Of a stretch of 64,000 nt of DNA, positions 24,281 through 38,139 are shown piece after piece (within the stretch, counting starts at the first letter, position 1; every line of letters begins with the position of its first letter). Source of the stretch: Octopus sinensis (lineage: Eukaryota); NCBI RefSeq assembly GCF_006345805.1, contig NC_043000.1:102548001-102612000 (forward strand). The letters run 5' to 3'. Under the pieces are notes generated by a model. The model did not search any database. It was not told the DNA's origin and worked only from the letters and a program-made list of their open reading frames with translations. Both the position numbers and the translations under genes were made by a program.

Positions 24281-25045
24281 CTCTAACGGAATATCTAGTA
24301 GGTGGCAGGAAAATGGGTCAAATTTTAGTCAGACGATAACCCCCGTCCTTCCTTCGACTTGTCGCGGGTTGGGTGTCTTCAAAAGAGGTTACGGGCATTG
24401 CCTTTCTTCTTCTGGCTAAGTTACAAAGAAAACTGAAATGTAGTGGATAGAATCATCATTGAACCAACGTCCACAAGTATTGTCAGGTTATTTCACCACA
24501 CCCAAATTCAAAAGTGTTATCAGCACATTGTCGTTAGTTTTTATCAACCATATCATCTTCCAGATTTCTTTTCAAACAAGTTTCTTGTCCACCTTACTTT
24601 GCGAATTTTTTATGTCTGTCTCTTTTCAGAGCTACAAGTCATGCTTCTTTAATCTTCAATGATCATCTCTAACTGATATGTAGGTATTTTAAGTCTTGCT
24701 TCTTTCGAATACCGCTGAATCGGCAGAATCGTTAGCGCTCCCTCGATTTGTTGCGGCATCTTACGCACTGCGTTCAAATCTTATCAAGAGCAACGTTGCC
24801 AATTATCTTGTCATAAAATAAAGTATCACTAATTATTCACATCAAATCTTTTGCCGTTTGCATCTGTTAGAAACAAGAGCGTCAGACATGAACGAGAAGT
24901 ACCTTATGGTGTTTCTTCCAGTTCTCTACATTCTGAGTTCAAATGCTACCGATATCATTCTTCCGAGGTCGATAGACTAAGCTACCAGTCAAGTATTAGG
25001 GTTGATTTAATCGATTAACCTCATATCAATATTAGAAACAATTAA

Positions 25046-25627
25046 GGCAGCCAGCTGGCAGAAACGTTAGCACGCCGGGCGAAATGCGTAGCCGTATTTC
25101 GTCCGCCGCTGCGTTCTGAGTTCAAATTACGGCGAGGTCGACTTTGTCTTTCATCCTTTCGAAGTCGTTAAATTAAGTGCCAGTTACGCACTGGGGTCGA
25201 TATTATCGACTTAATCCGTTTGTCTGTCCTTGTTTGTCCCCTCTGTGTTTAGCCCCTTGTTGGTAGTAAAGAAATAGGTATTTCGTCTGCCGCTACTTTC
25301 TGGGTTCAAATTCCGCCGAGGTCGACTTTGCCTTTCATCCTTTCGGGGTCGATTAAATAAGTACCAGTTACGCACTGGGGTTGATATAATCGACTTAATC
25401 CGTTCGTCTGTCCTTGTTTGTCCCCTCTGTGTGTAGCCCCTTGTGGGAAATAAAGAAATAGGTATTTCGTCTGTCGCTACGTTATGAGTTCAAATTCCGC
25501 CGAGGTCAACTTTACTTTTCATCCTTTCCGGGTCGATGAAATAAGTATCAGCTATGCAATGGAGTCAATGTAATCGACTAGGCCCCTCCCCTAAAATTTC
25601 AGGCCTTGTGCTTATAGTAGAAAGGAT
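25046..25627 (+). mobile_element. SINE family B tandem multimer (3 units, one head)
   Basis: Head at 25046; junctions gaaatag|gtatttcgtc near 25275 and 25458 (period about 183 bp); the last unit has the alternative tail. Confidence 0.9.
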
Positions 25628-25649
25628 TATGAATATTACTAACGTCTAT

Positions 25650-28600
25650 AAGGTGGAAAGTTAGCAGAGCCATTATCAGGCCAGACAAAATGATTAGCGT
25701 CGTTTCATCCATCTTTAAGTTCTGCGTTCATATTCCACGGAGGTCGACTTTCTCTTTCATCCCTTTCGAGGTCGATAAAATAAGCAGCAGTCAAGTATTG
25801 GGGTCGATGTAATCGACTTCCTTGTCCCCTCAAAAACTGCTGACCCTCTATCAAACTACGAAACCATTATTACTAATCTCTATAACAGAGGTATCCAACC
25901 CTTCTTCATTTCATTTACCTCCTGGTGAATTTTTTAAAGTAAATTTACCTTCCACTGTGTTTTTTTTTTTTTTAGTACTATAAACTTACACTTCAACGGG
26001 GCGAGTTGGCAGAGTCGTTAGCACGCTGGGCATTTTGTCCGTGCTTACGTTCTGAGCTCAAATTCCGCCAAGGTCAGTTTTGCCTTTTACCCTTTCGGGG
26101 TCGATAAAATAAGAACCGGTTAAACACTGGAGTCTCCTACTCCTCCTGCAAAATTACTGGCCTTGTGCCAAAATTAAAAACCAATTTAAATTTACACTTC
26201 TACAAAAATAAAACCATTGTCAAAGAAGAAAAACAATTATTTTTATCTTTTATCTCTTTCTTTTATTCGATTCAGTAAGTAGACTGCGACCATTCTGGAA
26301 TACTGCTTAGAAGAGTTTAGTCGACAATGTCGACCGCAGTATTTATTTCTAAGCCTGACACTTATTTTTTCGGTCTCTTGGGTCGAACAGTTAAGTACGG
26401 GGACGTAAACAAACCAAAACGGCTGACAAGCGGTGGAGGTGTTGGTGGCAGTAAACACAAACTTAAAGATATTTAGAAAAACAATTCGAGGCTCAGAATG
26501 TTACGATGCGATTTGAATATAATCAGAAGTGAACTCTGGCTACGCTGTGGCAGTGCGGTCAAAGGTTTATAGTGGATTATATGAACCTTAGAACTTTGTC
26601 TTCTACTTACTTAGTTTATTTTCTGCTTATCGAATGGCTAAGTCCACCTCGGTGTAAAGGTATTGTTATTCGACTCGCCAGTTTTGTCGGTATTCTCTAG
26701 TTGATAAGCGCGCACGCACGCACACACAAACATACAAGCATACATAAGTGTGTGTATGTGTGTGTATGTGTGTGTGTGTGTATGTGTGTGTGTAACTCTA
26801 CTGTGGGCTTTTGTACAGTTTCCGTCTGCCAAATTTCATTCACAACGCATTGATTACTTCGGGCCATAGTGTTGTGCCGAGCGTCAGGATCGAACCCAGA
26901 ACTACGTGTAACTTGTCAGTTTTAACCTTTAACATTTATGTTTAACATCTAATATTTATGCATTTATGCAAGGTGACGAGCTCGCAGAACCGTTATCACG
27001 CTGGAGAAAATGTTTAGTCGGCCTTTCGTCCGTCTTTATGTTCTGAGTTCAAATTCCGCAGAGGTGGACTTCGCTTTTCATCCCTTTCGGGGTCGACAAA
27101 ATGAGTACCAGCCAAGTATTGTGGTCAATGTAATCTACTTATTACCTCCCCACGAAATTGCTGGCTTTGTGCCAAAATTTAAAATCAGTATTAATGTGTC
27201 TCTATGTAACATTTGTATGTATAATTAGTCGATTCCAGTTACATTGTAAGGTGGTGAGCTGGTAGAATCGTTAGCAAACCAGCTAAAATGCTTAGCGGCA
27301 TTTTGCACGTCTTCATGTTCTGAGTTCAAATTCCACCGGGGCCAACTTTACCATCATCCTTTACGGGTCGATAAAGTAAGTACCAGTTGAGCAATAAGGT
27401 CGACTGACTCCTTCCCCATAGCCCTGAAGTTGCTGGTCTTGTATCAAAATTTGAAACTAATTCCCTTTACATTCAACAAACGGAATTTGATGTTTAAATT
27501 TGTTGTATATTTTAACTTTTGTGGGTACGGAAATCCTACAAACTGGAAGTCCTACAAAATGGAAGTGCCTTCCCCAAACCCTAAGTTTTAAACCTGGCTG
27601 GCAATACTTACTGGTAGTGATATTCTTTCTACTATAAGTACAGGGCCTATTTGGGGGATGAGAATGGGCTCGATTACATCGACAGCAGAGCTTAACTGGT
27701 TCGTGTTTTATCGATCAAGTAAGGGTGAAAGGCAAAGCCGACCTCGGCTGAATTTGAACTCTGAACGTAAAGGCAGAAGAAATGTTGCTAAGCATTTTGC
27801 CCAGCGTGCTAACGATTCTGCCAACTCACCGCCTTTATTAGCAGAAATATTGGTTTCAAATTTTGACACAAGGCCAGCAATTTGGAAGGAGAGGGTAAGT
27901 CGATTACATCGAACTCAGTGCCCAACTGGTACTTATTTTATCGACCTCGAACAAACGGAAAAGGGAAGTCGACCCCGGCGGCATTTGATCTCAGAACGTA
28001 AAGTCATGAGAAATGCCGCTAACCATTCTGTCCAACCACCTCTACTAGTATTGGTTTCAAATTTTGGCAGAAAACCAGCAAGTTAGAAGGAGGGGTAAAT
28101 AATTTTGGGAGAGGTGGGTTAGTCGATTACATCGAAACCCCCCCCCCCCAGTGCACGTGGATCTTTTCTGAAATTTTAAAATTAAGTGAAATTTTTCAAA
28201 TTTGATGTTTTGATGTAATTTTTCATGCTGAATTTCATTGTTCCAGAATTTTTTTTTAAATTGCAGTCAATAATTTTTACCTAGCCAGAAAACAGGATTT
28301 GGAAGCTGTCATTTTGTGCGTGACTGCAACTGTAAGACGACAAAACAATAATGTCGATATTGCAATGATAGCACGTATTTTAAGGAATTAATACGTGAAA
28401 CGAGTGGGCAACATATAGTTTTAAGCATTCAAAATGGATTTAAAGCAAAAAATAAAGAGTAAACAACACATTTTGTAGTTTTAAAAGCAGAAAAAAATTG
28501 TAAACAAATGAAATATTTATCATAAACACACTTGGAGAGTTCCCAACGCTTAACTTGTTACAATGGAAACAAGCACTTGTATATCTGTAGCTTTCGATTG

Positions 28601-28930
28601 GTTAGAATTACCTCAAATTTGCAAACTTTAAAAGCTATTAACAGTTACTTTATTTATTGACTTATGGCGAAAATGAATTGCATTTCAATAATTAGTATAC
28701 AAAACTACATCAACACACCAAATGTGAAATCAAATAGAACAAAACTGAAGAAATTGAAAAGTGGCAACCAAACAGAAAAGATCCCTCGATCGGTACTTAT
28801 ATTGTCGACCCGAACAGATGAAAGGCAAAGTTAACTCGGTGAAATTTGAACTCAGAATGTAAAGACGGATGAAATGCCGCAAAACATTTTGTGCGGAGTG
28901 CTAACGATTATGTCAGCCTGCCGACCTTAC
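25650..28930. mobile_element. Cluster of diverged SINE B and SINE A fragments in both orientations
   Basis: B cores near 25650-25860(+), 25995-26180(+), 26975-27190(+), 27245-27460(+), 27625-28030(-) and 28780-28930(-); A fragments near 26245-26470(-) and 26790-26910(-). Confidence 0.75.
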
Positions 28931-29480
28931 TAGTGGTAATTCTGACAAGAAATTCGATAGTGAGTTTCCAATACCAACTTGTGGTTTTGTGAAAAGACCA
29001 CACCTTTCTTATTTCTTTGTTCTGCAATACTGTCTTTTGTTAATTTATCAGTCGTCGTTATGTATCGTATTGTTAATACTTTACCTTAACAATGTTCCTC
29101 TTATGTTTCTTATATATTCTCTGAACTATTTAACCTTTCAGTTCATACTTCAAAAGTTCTGATACGTTATCTTCCTTCTCACATACGCTTCTCTCTGATT
29201 ATCTGTGACTTGCCCAATCCGTCAGGTAAAAATCCTTTTTCAAAACAATTTCTAGTTTAAAACAACATACCTAGGTTTCAGATTCCGTAATTATTTTATC
29301 TGACTTTCTTTCATCACCACTTAACCAGTAATAGGATCAGCCATCTGCTTGTGTTTTCAGTACGCTTTGTGTGTAATGATGTGTATGTATATGAAGTGTG
29401 GTAGCGTTTCATTATGTGTATACCAGTGTACCGGTATCTAATGATGTGCTATTGTGTGAAATGATGTATATGTGTGGGAA

Positions 29481-29775
29481 GTGAAAGCGCGTGGCTTAGT
29501 GGTTAGGGTTTTCGGCTCATGATCGTAAGGCTGTGAGTTCGATATTCGGCAATGCATTGTGTTCACGTTGCTTTAGTCTACTTAGCTAGCATAAATAAGG
29601 TGTGTCTGTAATTCAAAAGAGCCGGCCTTTTCACATTCTGTGTCGCGCTGAGTCTCCTTGAGGACTATCTCAAGAGCACGTGTTTCTGTGGAGTGCTCAG
29701 CCACTTGCACATTAATTTCATGAGCAGGTTGTTCGGTTGATCGAATCAACCGGAACTCTCGCCGTCGTAACTGAT
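29481..29775 (+). mobile_element. tRNA-derived SINE (family E)
   Basis: Head gtgaaagcgcgtggcttagtggttaggg...gtgagttcgat; followed by a 42-bp tandem duplication (29764-29844). Confidence 0.7.
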
Positions 29776-32094
29776 ATGATAAAGTATATGTGTGGTGGTG
29801 CCGTCGTCGTAACTGATATGATAAAGTATATGTGTGGTGGTGCCTAATGGTATATTAATATTGTCGTTTAACTGCAAGTAAAAACATGATTGAGCAGACT
29901 TATGGTCAAAGGTATTCATTCAGTCTTTTCGTGTATGTAAAAGGACTGTATAAAATGTCCTTTTTTTAGACAGATTATAATTTGAAGGAATTTGTTTGCT
30001 ATTTCTAGCATTTCGAGGGTCTACGTAGAGGTTCATTCATTGGCTCGCGTATAGAAATGGGTAGTTGTGTGTTGACGGGATTATCTTGAATTCTCTCCAG
30101 TATTTCAGCATCGTGGGTGGTGTTGTAACATGGTTATCTTCCACCCCAACTCTCTTTTCAAATGTCTGACTATCCGGTAGTGTGTCATAGTGAAGTGAAG
30201 GCGGTGTAGTGTTGTGATAGAATTAGAGTGATAAAAAGATTATATCTATATATATTATTACATAGAACTATAGAAACATTAAGTTAATCGCTGACCCTTA
30301 TGAACCTCTGAGTGTTGCGAGAAGGATTGACTTGGCTGATAGTCTAGTGAATATGACAATCAAATAACAATAGTCTTTCCATTCTTTAGTTACACCCGAA
30401 TATTTTGATAATGTAATCTTTTTGTTTGCTGATGTTGTTAGCATTGGACGATTTAACAAATGTATATCACCACTCCTACAGAAAGTGAAATTAGCAGTAT
30501 TCGTTACGTTGGCATTAACACATTTAAAGCAGCAAACGTAAAAAGCTAATTTTAAAAAATAATGTGGTAATGAAAATGTAGCATTAACTCGATGAAAATA
30601 ACATTATTTTAATAATTTAGCAAGAACGGGAGACAACTCTGGACATATATCGTTCTTATTAGACCTACTCAGCGAAACACAAAATTACCGTATTTGTCAA
30701 AATAGTAATGAGAGAATATACAAGTAGATGTACAACTGTGTCTTTCATACTTTTGGGGTCGATAAAATAAATACGTCCAGAACAGAGAATTAGGGGAACA
30801 GTAAGAACGTCAAGCTAGATGTCTTGCAGTATTTGTTTCAGCTCTTTACGTTCTGAGTGCAAATACCACCATGGCCTACTTGGGAAGAAGACTTTAACTC
30901 TCCATCTCCTGGTTTAACTCCACAATCTGGCTGTTAGGGTGTCCACTCTATTACAAGGTCTAAGAAACATTGCAACATGCATGGTAGTTGAATACGAAGC
31001 TTAGCACAGAGGGTGGATTAAACACAGGAACGCATATACTCTTCGCTTCATATCTGCCAACATATAACATATATCAAGGTGAGCATGCAGTCGTTAAAAC
31101 AAATATGTAAGAGGGAATGTGTATATCGGACCACTAGTTCGTGAACACTTCAGCTTGTCGAGAGTGGAGACGACATTCTACCCGGACGTCTACAACACTC
31201 TACTGACTGGCGCTTAAAATAGACTCTGTTTATAGGCTTATTGCCGAGAACAGTTTAGAAGGAGCCGGAGAAACTATCACGTGAAAACCGGTCGTTGATT
31301 GACTGATAGTTTGACCTTACATGTGAAAGAGTTGAGCAATGTCGTGGCTTGAAGTCCGTAATGTGACGTCTCGGGTTCGAGTGTTGCTACAAGGTCTTCG
31401 ATTTGATGACAGCATTTCCCCACCACCAACACCACCACTTGGCCTTCCCTCCTGATAAGAAAAAGCACGAATAGGTACGAAGTCTGACATATTAAATAGA
31501 CTAAGGGAAACATTTTTTTCTTTTAAATATACCAGATTTGAAACTATTCGTGCATAGTATTGTAAATCTACAAACGATAGATTTACAATGTCCCGTAGGG
31601 GACATAATTTTCTTTTCAAAGTGGTTTTAGACTTTTTAAAACTTATCCAACATTTAGCTCTATAATTAATTTTATATTATTAGTTAGACAAGAACAGGAA
31701 GCAGCTCGGAGAAGTTTCGTTCACTTTACATCTCCTCAGCGAAACGTAAATTTCACCGTTCTTGGAGAGGCAGTAAAGAGAGAAGAATTATATAGATGCA
31801 AAATATTTAACTTTTTCAAAAATAGAGGCGACGAAAAATGTCAAGAATGCTTGATTGTGGACGGGCTTATATTTGGTTGTTTGAGAGTCCACTGTCCTAG
31901 CGGACATTTTACATAAGTCAGTTTTAATCTCCGGAGAAGTGTTATCCATGCTAATCTTACCGTATCGCCATACAATATAATCAAAAGAGAAAAATGCCGA
32001 GTAAAAAATATCATATTTCGTTAAGCCACCGACAAAATATTTGGTAAAAATAAGGCAAAAGTACTAAAGCCGCATTTTTGTTTCTCTCAAAAAT

Positions 32095-32320
32095 TTCAAA
32101 CTAATATTGAGGTTGCGTCTAAGGTGGTGAGCTAGTAGAATCGCTAGCACGCTGGGCAAAATGCTTAGCGGCATTTCGTCCGATTTCATGTTCTGAGTTC
32201 AAATTCCGCCGAGTTCGACTTTGCTTTTCTTCCTTACGGAGTCGATAAAATAAGTCGACGTAATCGACTGAAACCTTTCTCGAAATTGCTACCCTTATGC
32301 CAAAAATTGAAACCAATATT
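32095..32320 (-). mobile_element. SINE family B
   Basis: Head aaggtggtgagctagtagaatcgctagcac and core present. Note: read directly the head is on the + strand; the strand is given per the supplied ORF orientation, so treat it as uncertain. Confidence 0.6.
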
Positions 32321-32729
32321 GAAGCTGCGCCTTCGATATCGAGGCATCTTGCACCCCAGGAAAAATAGTAGCAATTCTTCCATCATTACTTTGGCATGGA
32401 CAATGAAGTCTTAAGGTCAGTTGAGAATGTCTAATAAGCTTTGCATCTTCCTTGGTTGTCTCACCACATAATCAATCTTTTGTTCTTTTATGCTCAGCGC
32501 ATTAAAATACGTCACCGCTGACTCAAGTATTTGCAACGGAACGGCGAGAGGGAATCTCAGTCACTTTTAAGCCATGTAAAACCAGCTAAAGCTCTAACAT
32601 TATGGGTTCTAAGCCCTTGACAGTCCCCTAACCGTTTTGTTTTTAAGAGAAAGGAATCTCATAATTAAATTACCCAACATGCCCTCCTTTTCTCTTTATT
32701 TTTTTGAGACAGCAAAGTATAGTGATTTC

Positions 32730-32940
32730 ACATTTTGGCATAAGGCCAGCAATTCTAGGAGAGAAGATAAGTCGATTACATCGACCCTAGTGTTCGACTG
32801 GTACTTATTTTATCGACTCCAGAAGGATGAAAGGCAAAGTCGACCACGGCAGAATTTGAACTTAGAATGTAAAGACGGATGAAATACCGCAGAGTATTTT
32901 CCCCGGCGTGCTAACGATTCTGCCAGCTCGCCGCCAAGGT
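32730..32940 (-). mobile_element. SINE family B
   Basis: Core aaggatgaaaggcaaagtcgacc and head gctaacgattctgccagctcgccgcc. Confidence 0.85.
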
Positions 32941-33821
32941 AGTAACGTATAATAGAGAAATATTTGCGCTGTTTTTAGTTGTTAAAGCGATCGTGTAAAT
33001 GTTTGCTCTTTGTTTCCTTCCAGCAGATAAATATTCTATCTCGCTGGTTCCAATGGATAAAATGTTCGCCTTGTAGCGAAATAGTTAGTAAATAAACGGT
33101 GCATCTGCGTCGAAAGTTGACGCCTATGGGGGTCATAAGAACTTCATAGAAGAACCATCATTCAACTAGCTAAAAATAGAAACCGAATTTCCTTCATATT
33201 GTACCCTACCTAAATCTTCGAAAAGAGAAAACGATATTTTACATACGTAGCTCTAGAAACACTGTCTGGAAAATTAAAAAGATATGTATAAAATATATGA
33301 CTATAGTAATCTATGGGACCTTTTGATCAGAGCTAATCGTGAACTAAATAACAACGCCAACAACAACAACAACAACAACAATATCAGAATTGGTAACTGT
33401 CCATTTTGACTCTATGACATATTTTCTGGCTTTTTCATTGTTGTGAATGTGTGTGTGTGGGTGGGTATTTTATCTTTTCATCGTTGTATATTCTCTCGAG
33501 GCTTCCTGTCACAACTTATTGCCCCACCTCACCTTAATCATTTTAAGTGGTTAGGTAAACCTACTTTGGTTCAGGTTATTTTCTGTGCATGTGTGAATGT
33601 CTGTGCGTGTCTGCTGTGCATGTATGTATGTATGTATGTATGTATGTATGTATGTATGTATGTATGTATGTATGTATGTATGTATGTATGCATATGTCTG
33701 AGTGCGTGTGTGTGTAATATATCCCTTCCATAAAACCTTACCGATAATATTTTACTGGTGCAATAAAAACCTAAACGATAGTCTATCTAACGACTGGATG
33801 ATAACGAAAACACTCATATAC

Positions 33822-33890
<69 letters not shown>

Positions 33891-34594
33891 CATGAACACA
33901 CGCACGCACACACACACATACACATACACACATAAGGAACGCACACATATATACATACATATTCATATTCATATATATTCACATGTGTATATGATAAGTT
34001 TTAGCGAATACACATTTTGAAACAGATATGCACACATTTTAAAATTTTAAACTCGCATTTAATACTCTCTTCCTTCCTTCATTCTTTCGAGAGTTTTTTT
34101 TTTTTGTGTAGGGTGAGATGGAATGGAAGATGTAGATGAGAGGATTATGAGGTAGGATTATGGAGTAGGGGTTGAGGTTGTTACCGAACGATTACTCTCT
34201 GTGAATTATTGAGAGTCGTTAACGTTTCTCGCGTTCAAGCTGCTGTTAAGAAATTATATGAATGTAGGTTTAAATACATTCTTAAGTAATCGAATTTTTT
34301 TTTTAAGTTACAGAAAAAAAGAAAAAACAAAGTCTTGTGATCGGCCATTCTCGGGGGAAAAGGGAGAAACTACATACTTAAAGGCAAGAAAATCTTACCT
34401 TTTGTCTACAGAAAAGAAATAACTATGGACATGTTTCTATCAGGTTGACCTCATCAGATTAATTCATTCTAACTAAGGCAAGCGATTAGTTGACACAGTT
34501 GATAAGTCCAAAAATTGTTACGTATAACTTTTGGCCAGAATGATTTGCATAACTAAAAATAAAATGTGCAAACGGAAAATAACTGGAATATTCC

Positions 34595-34807
34595 TTTCTA
34601 TTATAGGCACAAAGCCTGAAGTTTGGGGAGAGGGGACTAGTCGATTACATCGACTCCAGTGCGTAACTTGTACTTAATTTATCGATCCCGAAAGGACGAA
34701 AGGCAAAGTCGACCTCGGCGGAATTTGAACTCAGAACGTAGCGGCAGACGAAATATCGCTAAGCATTTCGCCCGGCATGCTGACGATTCTGCCAGCTCGC
34801 TGCCTTA
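34595..34807 (-). mobile_element. SINE family B
   Basis: Complete core and head. Confidence 0.88.
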
Positions 34808-35004
34808 AATAACTGGAATAATACGTCGAATGCCGTTCACAAAAGAATGCTTAAAGCATTTCTGAAATCTCTCTTCAGCCCATATTTTTATTATATAAAT
34901 TGTATAGGTGAAAAATTATTCGTAACTATTTTTCTGTATGTAAAAATGTAAGTCAACTGATGAGAACAATATTGGTTAGATTCTACAATGCTGATGAGAT
35001 CTAA

Positions 35005-35200
35005 TAATACACATACATACATACATACATACATACATACATACATACATACATACATACATACATACATAAATACATACATACATAAATACATACATAC
35101 ATACATACATACATACATACATACATACACACATACGTACGTACATACATACATACATACATACATACATACATACATACATACATACATACATACATAC
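35005..35200. repeat. (CATA)n microsatellite
   Basis: Direct reading of the sequence. Confidence 0.97.
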
Positions 35201-36279
35201 AGGGTCGACCTTGCCTTTCGAGTTCGATAAGATAAATACTTCTTGAATACTGGAGTCGATTTAATTGACTTAAACCCTTGTGTCAAAATGTGATCTTTTA
35301 ATAACTTCGACCTTTATCCCAACTGCGATGTATGAATTCAGAACGTGAAAAAAAAAGTGGTATTGAAACTGTATTGCGTGTAATCGGTGTGAGGTTTAGT
35401 TGGCAAAATCATTCAATAAATGCCTCTCAGTAAGAGTTCCAGCTTCTGTGGTTCAAACCTTGCCGGGATCAATTTTACCATTCATCCCTCCGAGCAGTTC
35501 CGTTTTAAGGTATGAACATATGAACACTCTGGCCTGTTGCTTGAAGGCCCAATTGGTCTATGAGCTTATGTATACTGTGACATGAAATCAATAAATATTG
35601 TAGGTCCCAGAGCATTGCTTTTTCCAAAGGTTTATAATGTTATTTCGATAAAATAGTCAAGTATTGGGGTTTTGTCATTTCCCGCCTTGCTTTTTCTTCT
35701 TTGAAGTCCTCAGTCAAAAAGGCACAGTTTCTCATGCTTTTTGTTTTTGCGTGTGATATACCTTCCTCACATTTTTCTTTTGCATGAACTAACCAATGTC
35801 AACGCCTCCTTAATCTCAACACTAGCAAAGCTGTGATTAATGCTTCTGTTATTACTTATGTCTTACAATTTGAAGATCTGTGTTTACAAATATTTTCATT
35901 TGTAGAATTGGCATCTTTTCTGTAATTTTTAAGGCGCAAATGTCTGTATGAGCTTGTTGTCTTAACTATTCCTTTCTGTTTTTTCTTTTATTTTTCTTAT
36001 GGGCGTGTTTACTGCGACCTCAATTGTGGCTAGAACCTCATATCGCTGTCCCAGAATAACAAGTCATGCTAAAACACAAATAAATAAAGTTTTTAAAATG
36101 CATGTAAAATATATTAGGAAAAACCATATTTTTCTACCCCCAAGATAAACGGGGTAGATATTTAAGCTCCAAAACCTTCCATTAGTGAATAAAAAAAGAA
36201 GAACTATCATTAAATACAGGGTGAATTCTGTGTTACCCACCCTACATTATATCCGTTCGTAGATTGTTTGCATGGTTCT

Positions 36280-36660
36280 TTTTATTCACTGGTTGTATAT
36301 CGTTACAGCATCCCAGTATTCTACATAATCTGCTTTTGTGTTCTCAATCGGCACATAACGCTCTTCATCCCTGTTCACCTCATTCACCAAACCCATAAGG
36401 TATTCATTTACAATTTAGTAAGCTTTACCTTCACTTCAAAGAAATGGTCGAGTACCATTTTCGACGCTAGTACTCCATTGACAATATCTCTCTCTAAATT
36501 ACCTCTTCTAGTCAGTCAAACAAATTCTCCTCCAATCTACGTCTTTCGATCACTATGCCACTGCTAAACCTTATCGATTCTACTTTGACAAGTACAGTGT
36601 TGCATTTACTTCATTTATAAGCTCATAATATGACCGAAACATGTCTAGGTTTGTGGTCTC
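36280..36660 (+). mobile_element. Possible decayed Penelope-like 3' region with a partial hammerhead
   Basis: Stem II-GAAA-stem III remnant gctcataatatgaccGAAACatGTC at 36621-36645; CUGANGA and stem I are not recognisable. Confidence 0.3.
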
Positions 36661-37429
36661 TTTCTTAGCGAAATATGTTTTAGATACATATATTTTTGCC
36701 TACACGTGTAATTATTTGCAGTAAGGCTTTTAATGTTCTCTTTATTAAATACGCTTGCACTAACTTGAATACGAGTACTGGGCGGATTTGTAAGCCAATT
36801 GCTATGTTATCGTTGAAGATTAATTACTCTTATTAAAATCATATATTTACCAAATTAATTTATTACATCTTATGGCATGTTATAGTATCCGACATAAGTT
36901 GTTGAAGATAAAAACATGTTTCTGAGATAAAAGCTAAATTGGAATACGATAAAAAGCAATGTAGAAATGGCTAAAAATCGCAAAATTAGGTCTGTTATAA
37001 TGAGATAAAACTACGACTAATATTGGCTCTTTATAAGTAAACAGTTGCTGCTGCTACTGCTGTTGCCGAAACGAAAATTGTCGTTCATCATAAAGACGTA
37101 AGATCAAAGTCATTTATGTTAGAATCTCACAATTTATTGTTTATCTGGGATTCCCCAGCTGTTCGAAGACTACTTCATAAAACAGCTCTTTTTTTTTCCC
37201 CCCAAATTTGTAGGATATCATTAACGAAGAACTGACTACTATTTCTAGGAGGTCGAATGATCACATAGAAGATACCTCGTTGGCTGGCTTTTGTAAGTTG
37301 AACTGATTGCTGCCTAAACCGGGGGATTACCATAGAAATTTTTTTTTTTTACTTTTACATCAAACGTAGGCGCACACATGCGCAAATACATTCACTCAAA
37401 GATGAATACGAACAACGCACGCACGCGCG

Positions 37430-37462
<33 letters not shown>

Positions 37463-37837
37463 CAATTAGTGCGTGAATGTATGTGTGTGTATTTGTAACT
37501 TATCATTTAACGGTAGCAATAAGATGCAGTTTTGTTAAGTGTAGTTTGGATGTCAAAACAGAAGGTAAATGGTGGCACGTGCAAATATGATGGATGATGG
37601 CAAAAAAAAAGCAATGTTCTTATACCTGTTCGAACATATTGTGTTGCTTCAATATTTAATTACATGTGGTTGTATTATAATGTTCATTACCAATTATACA
37701 CATTAAATTCTCAAATAAAAGAGGAAATATAAACTATATGTATATATATACAGTGATTTATGACATACACTTGATATTTCATCAATTGTTTATACGTCTC
37801 CATCTCTCTCTTTCACACCCTCGGTTTATCTCTCTTG

Positions 37838-38125
37838 CACTTCAAAGACAAACTAAAAGACACTCTGAAGCGATGCAACATTCCTTTTTCATCCTGGGTA
37901 AAAGAAAGCATCAGAACACTGGACTGGCGCCAGTCCTGCTTCTTCTCAGTTCAAAGCTTTGAGCAAAGTCGACTCCAACATCGGGTCCAACTTCTTGCAA
38001 GCATAAAGAAGGCTCGTATATAGGCACTGCGGAACTACAACACCCCCTATTTCCACTCAATAATATCGATAATATTCAATATAATGAGTCCTTTCTTTAA
38101 TCTTTTCCTTATACTTGTACATTAT
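37838..38125 (+). mobile_element. RTE-clade LINE 3' fragment
   Basis: HFKDKLKDTLKRCNIPFSSWVKESIRTLDWRQSCFFSVQSFEQSRLQHR matches the RTE C-terminal pattern RFKDxLKxxLKxCNI...W...DRxxWR....FExxR. Confidence 0.75.
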
Positions 38126-38139
38126 ATAATCGTTAAGCA

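Noticed and set aside
24629-24682. Candidate exon with a good acceptor (ctgtctcttttcag) and a donor
   Set aside because: Stop codons in all three frames.
35600-36060. Possible pogo/Tigger C-terminal relic on the minus strand
   Set aside because: Only a vague K-rich stretch ending TPILDYF; no catalytic motif seen.
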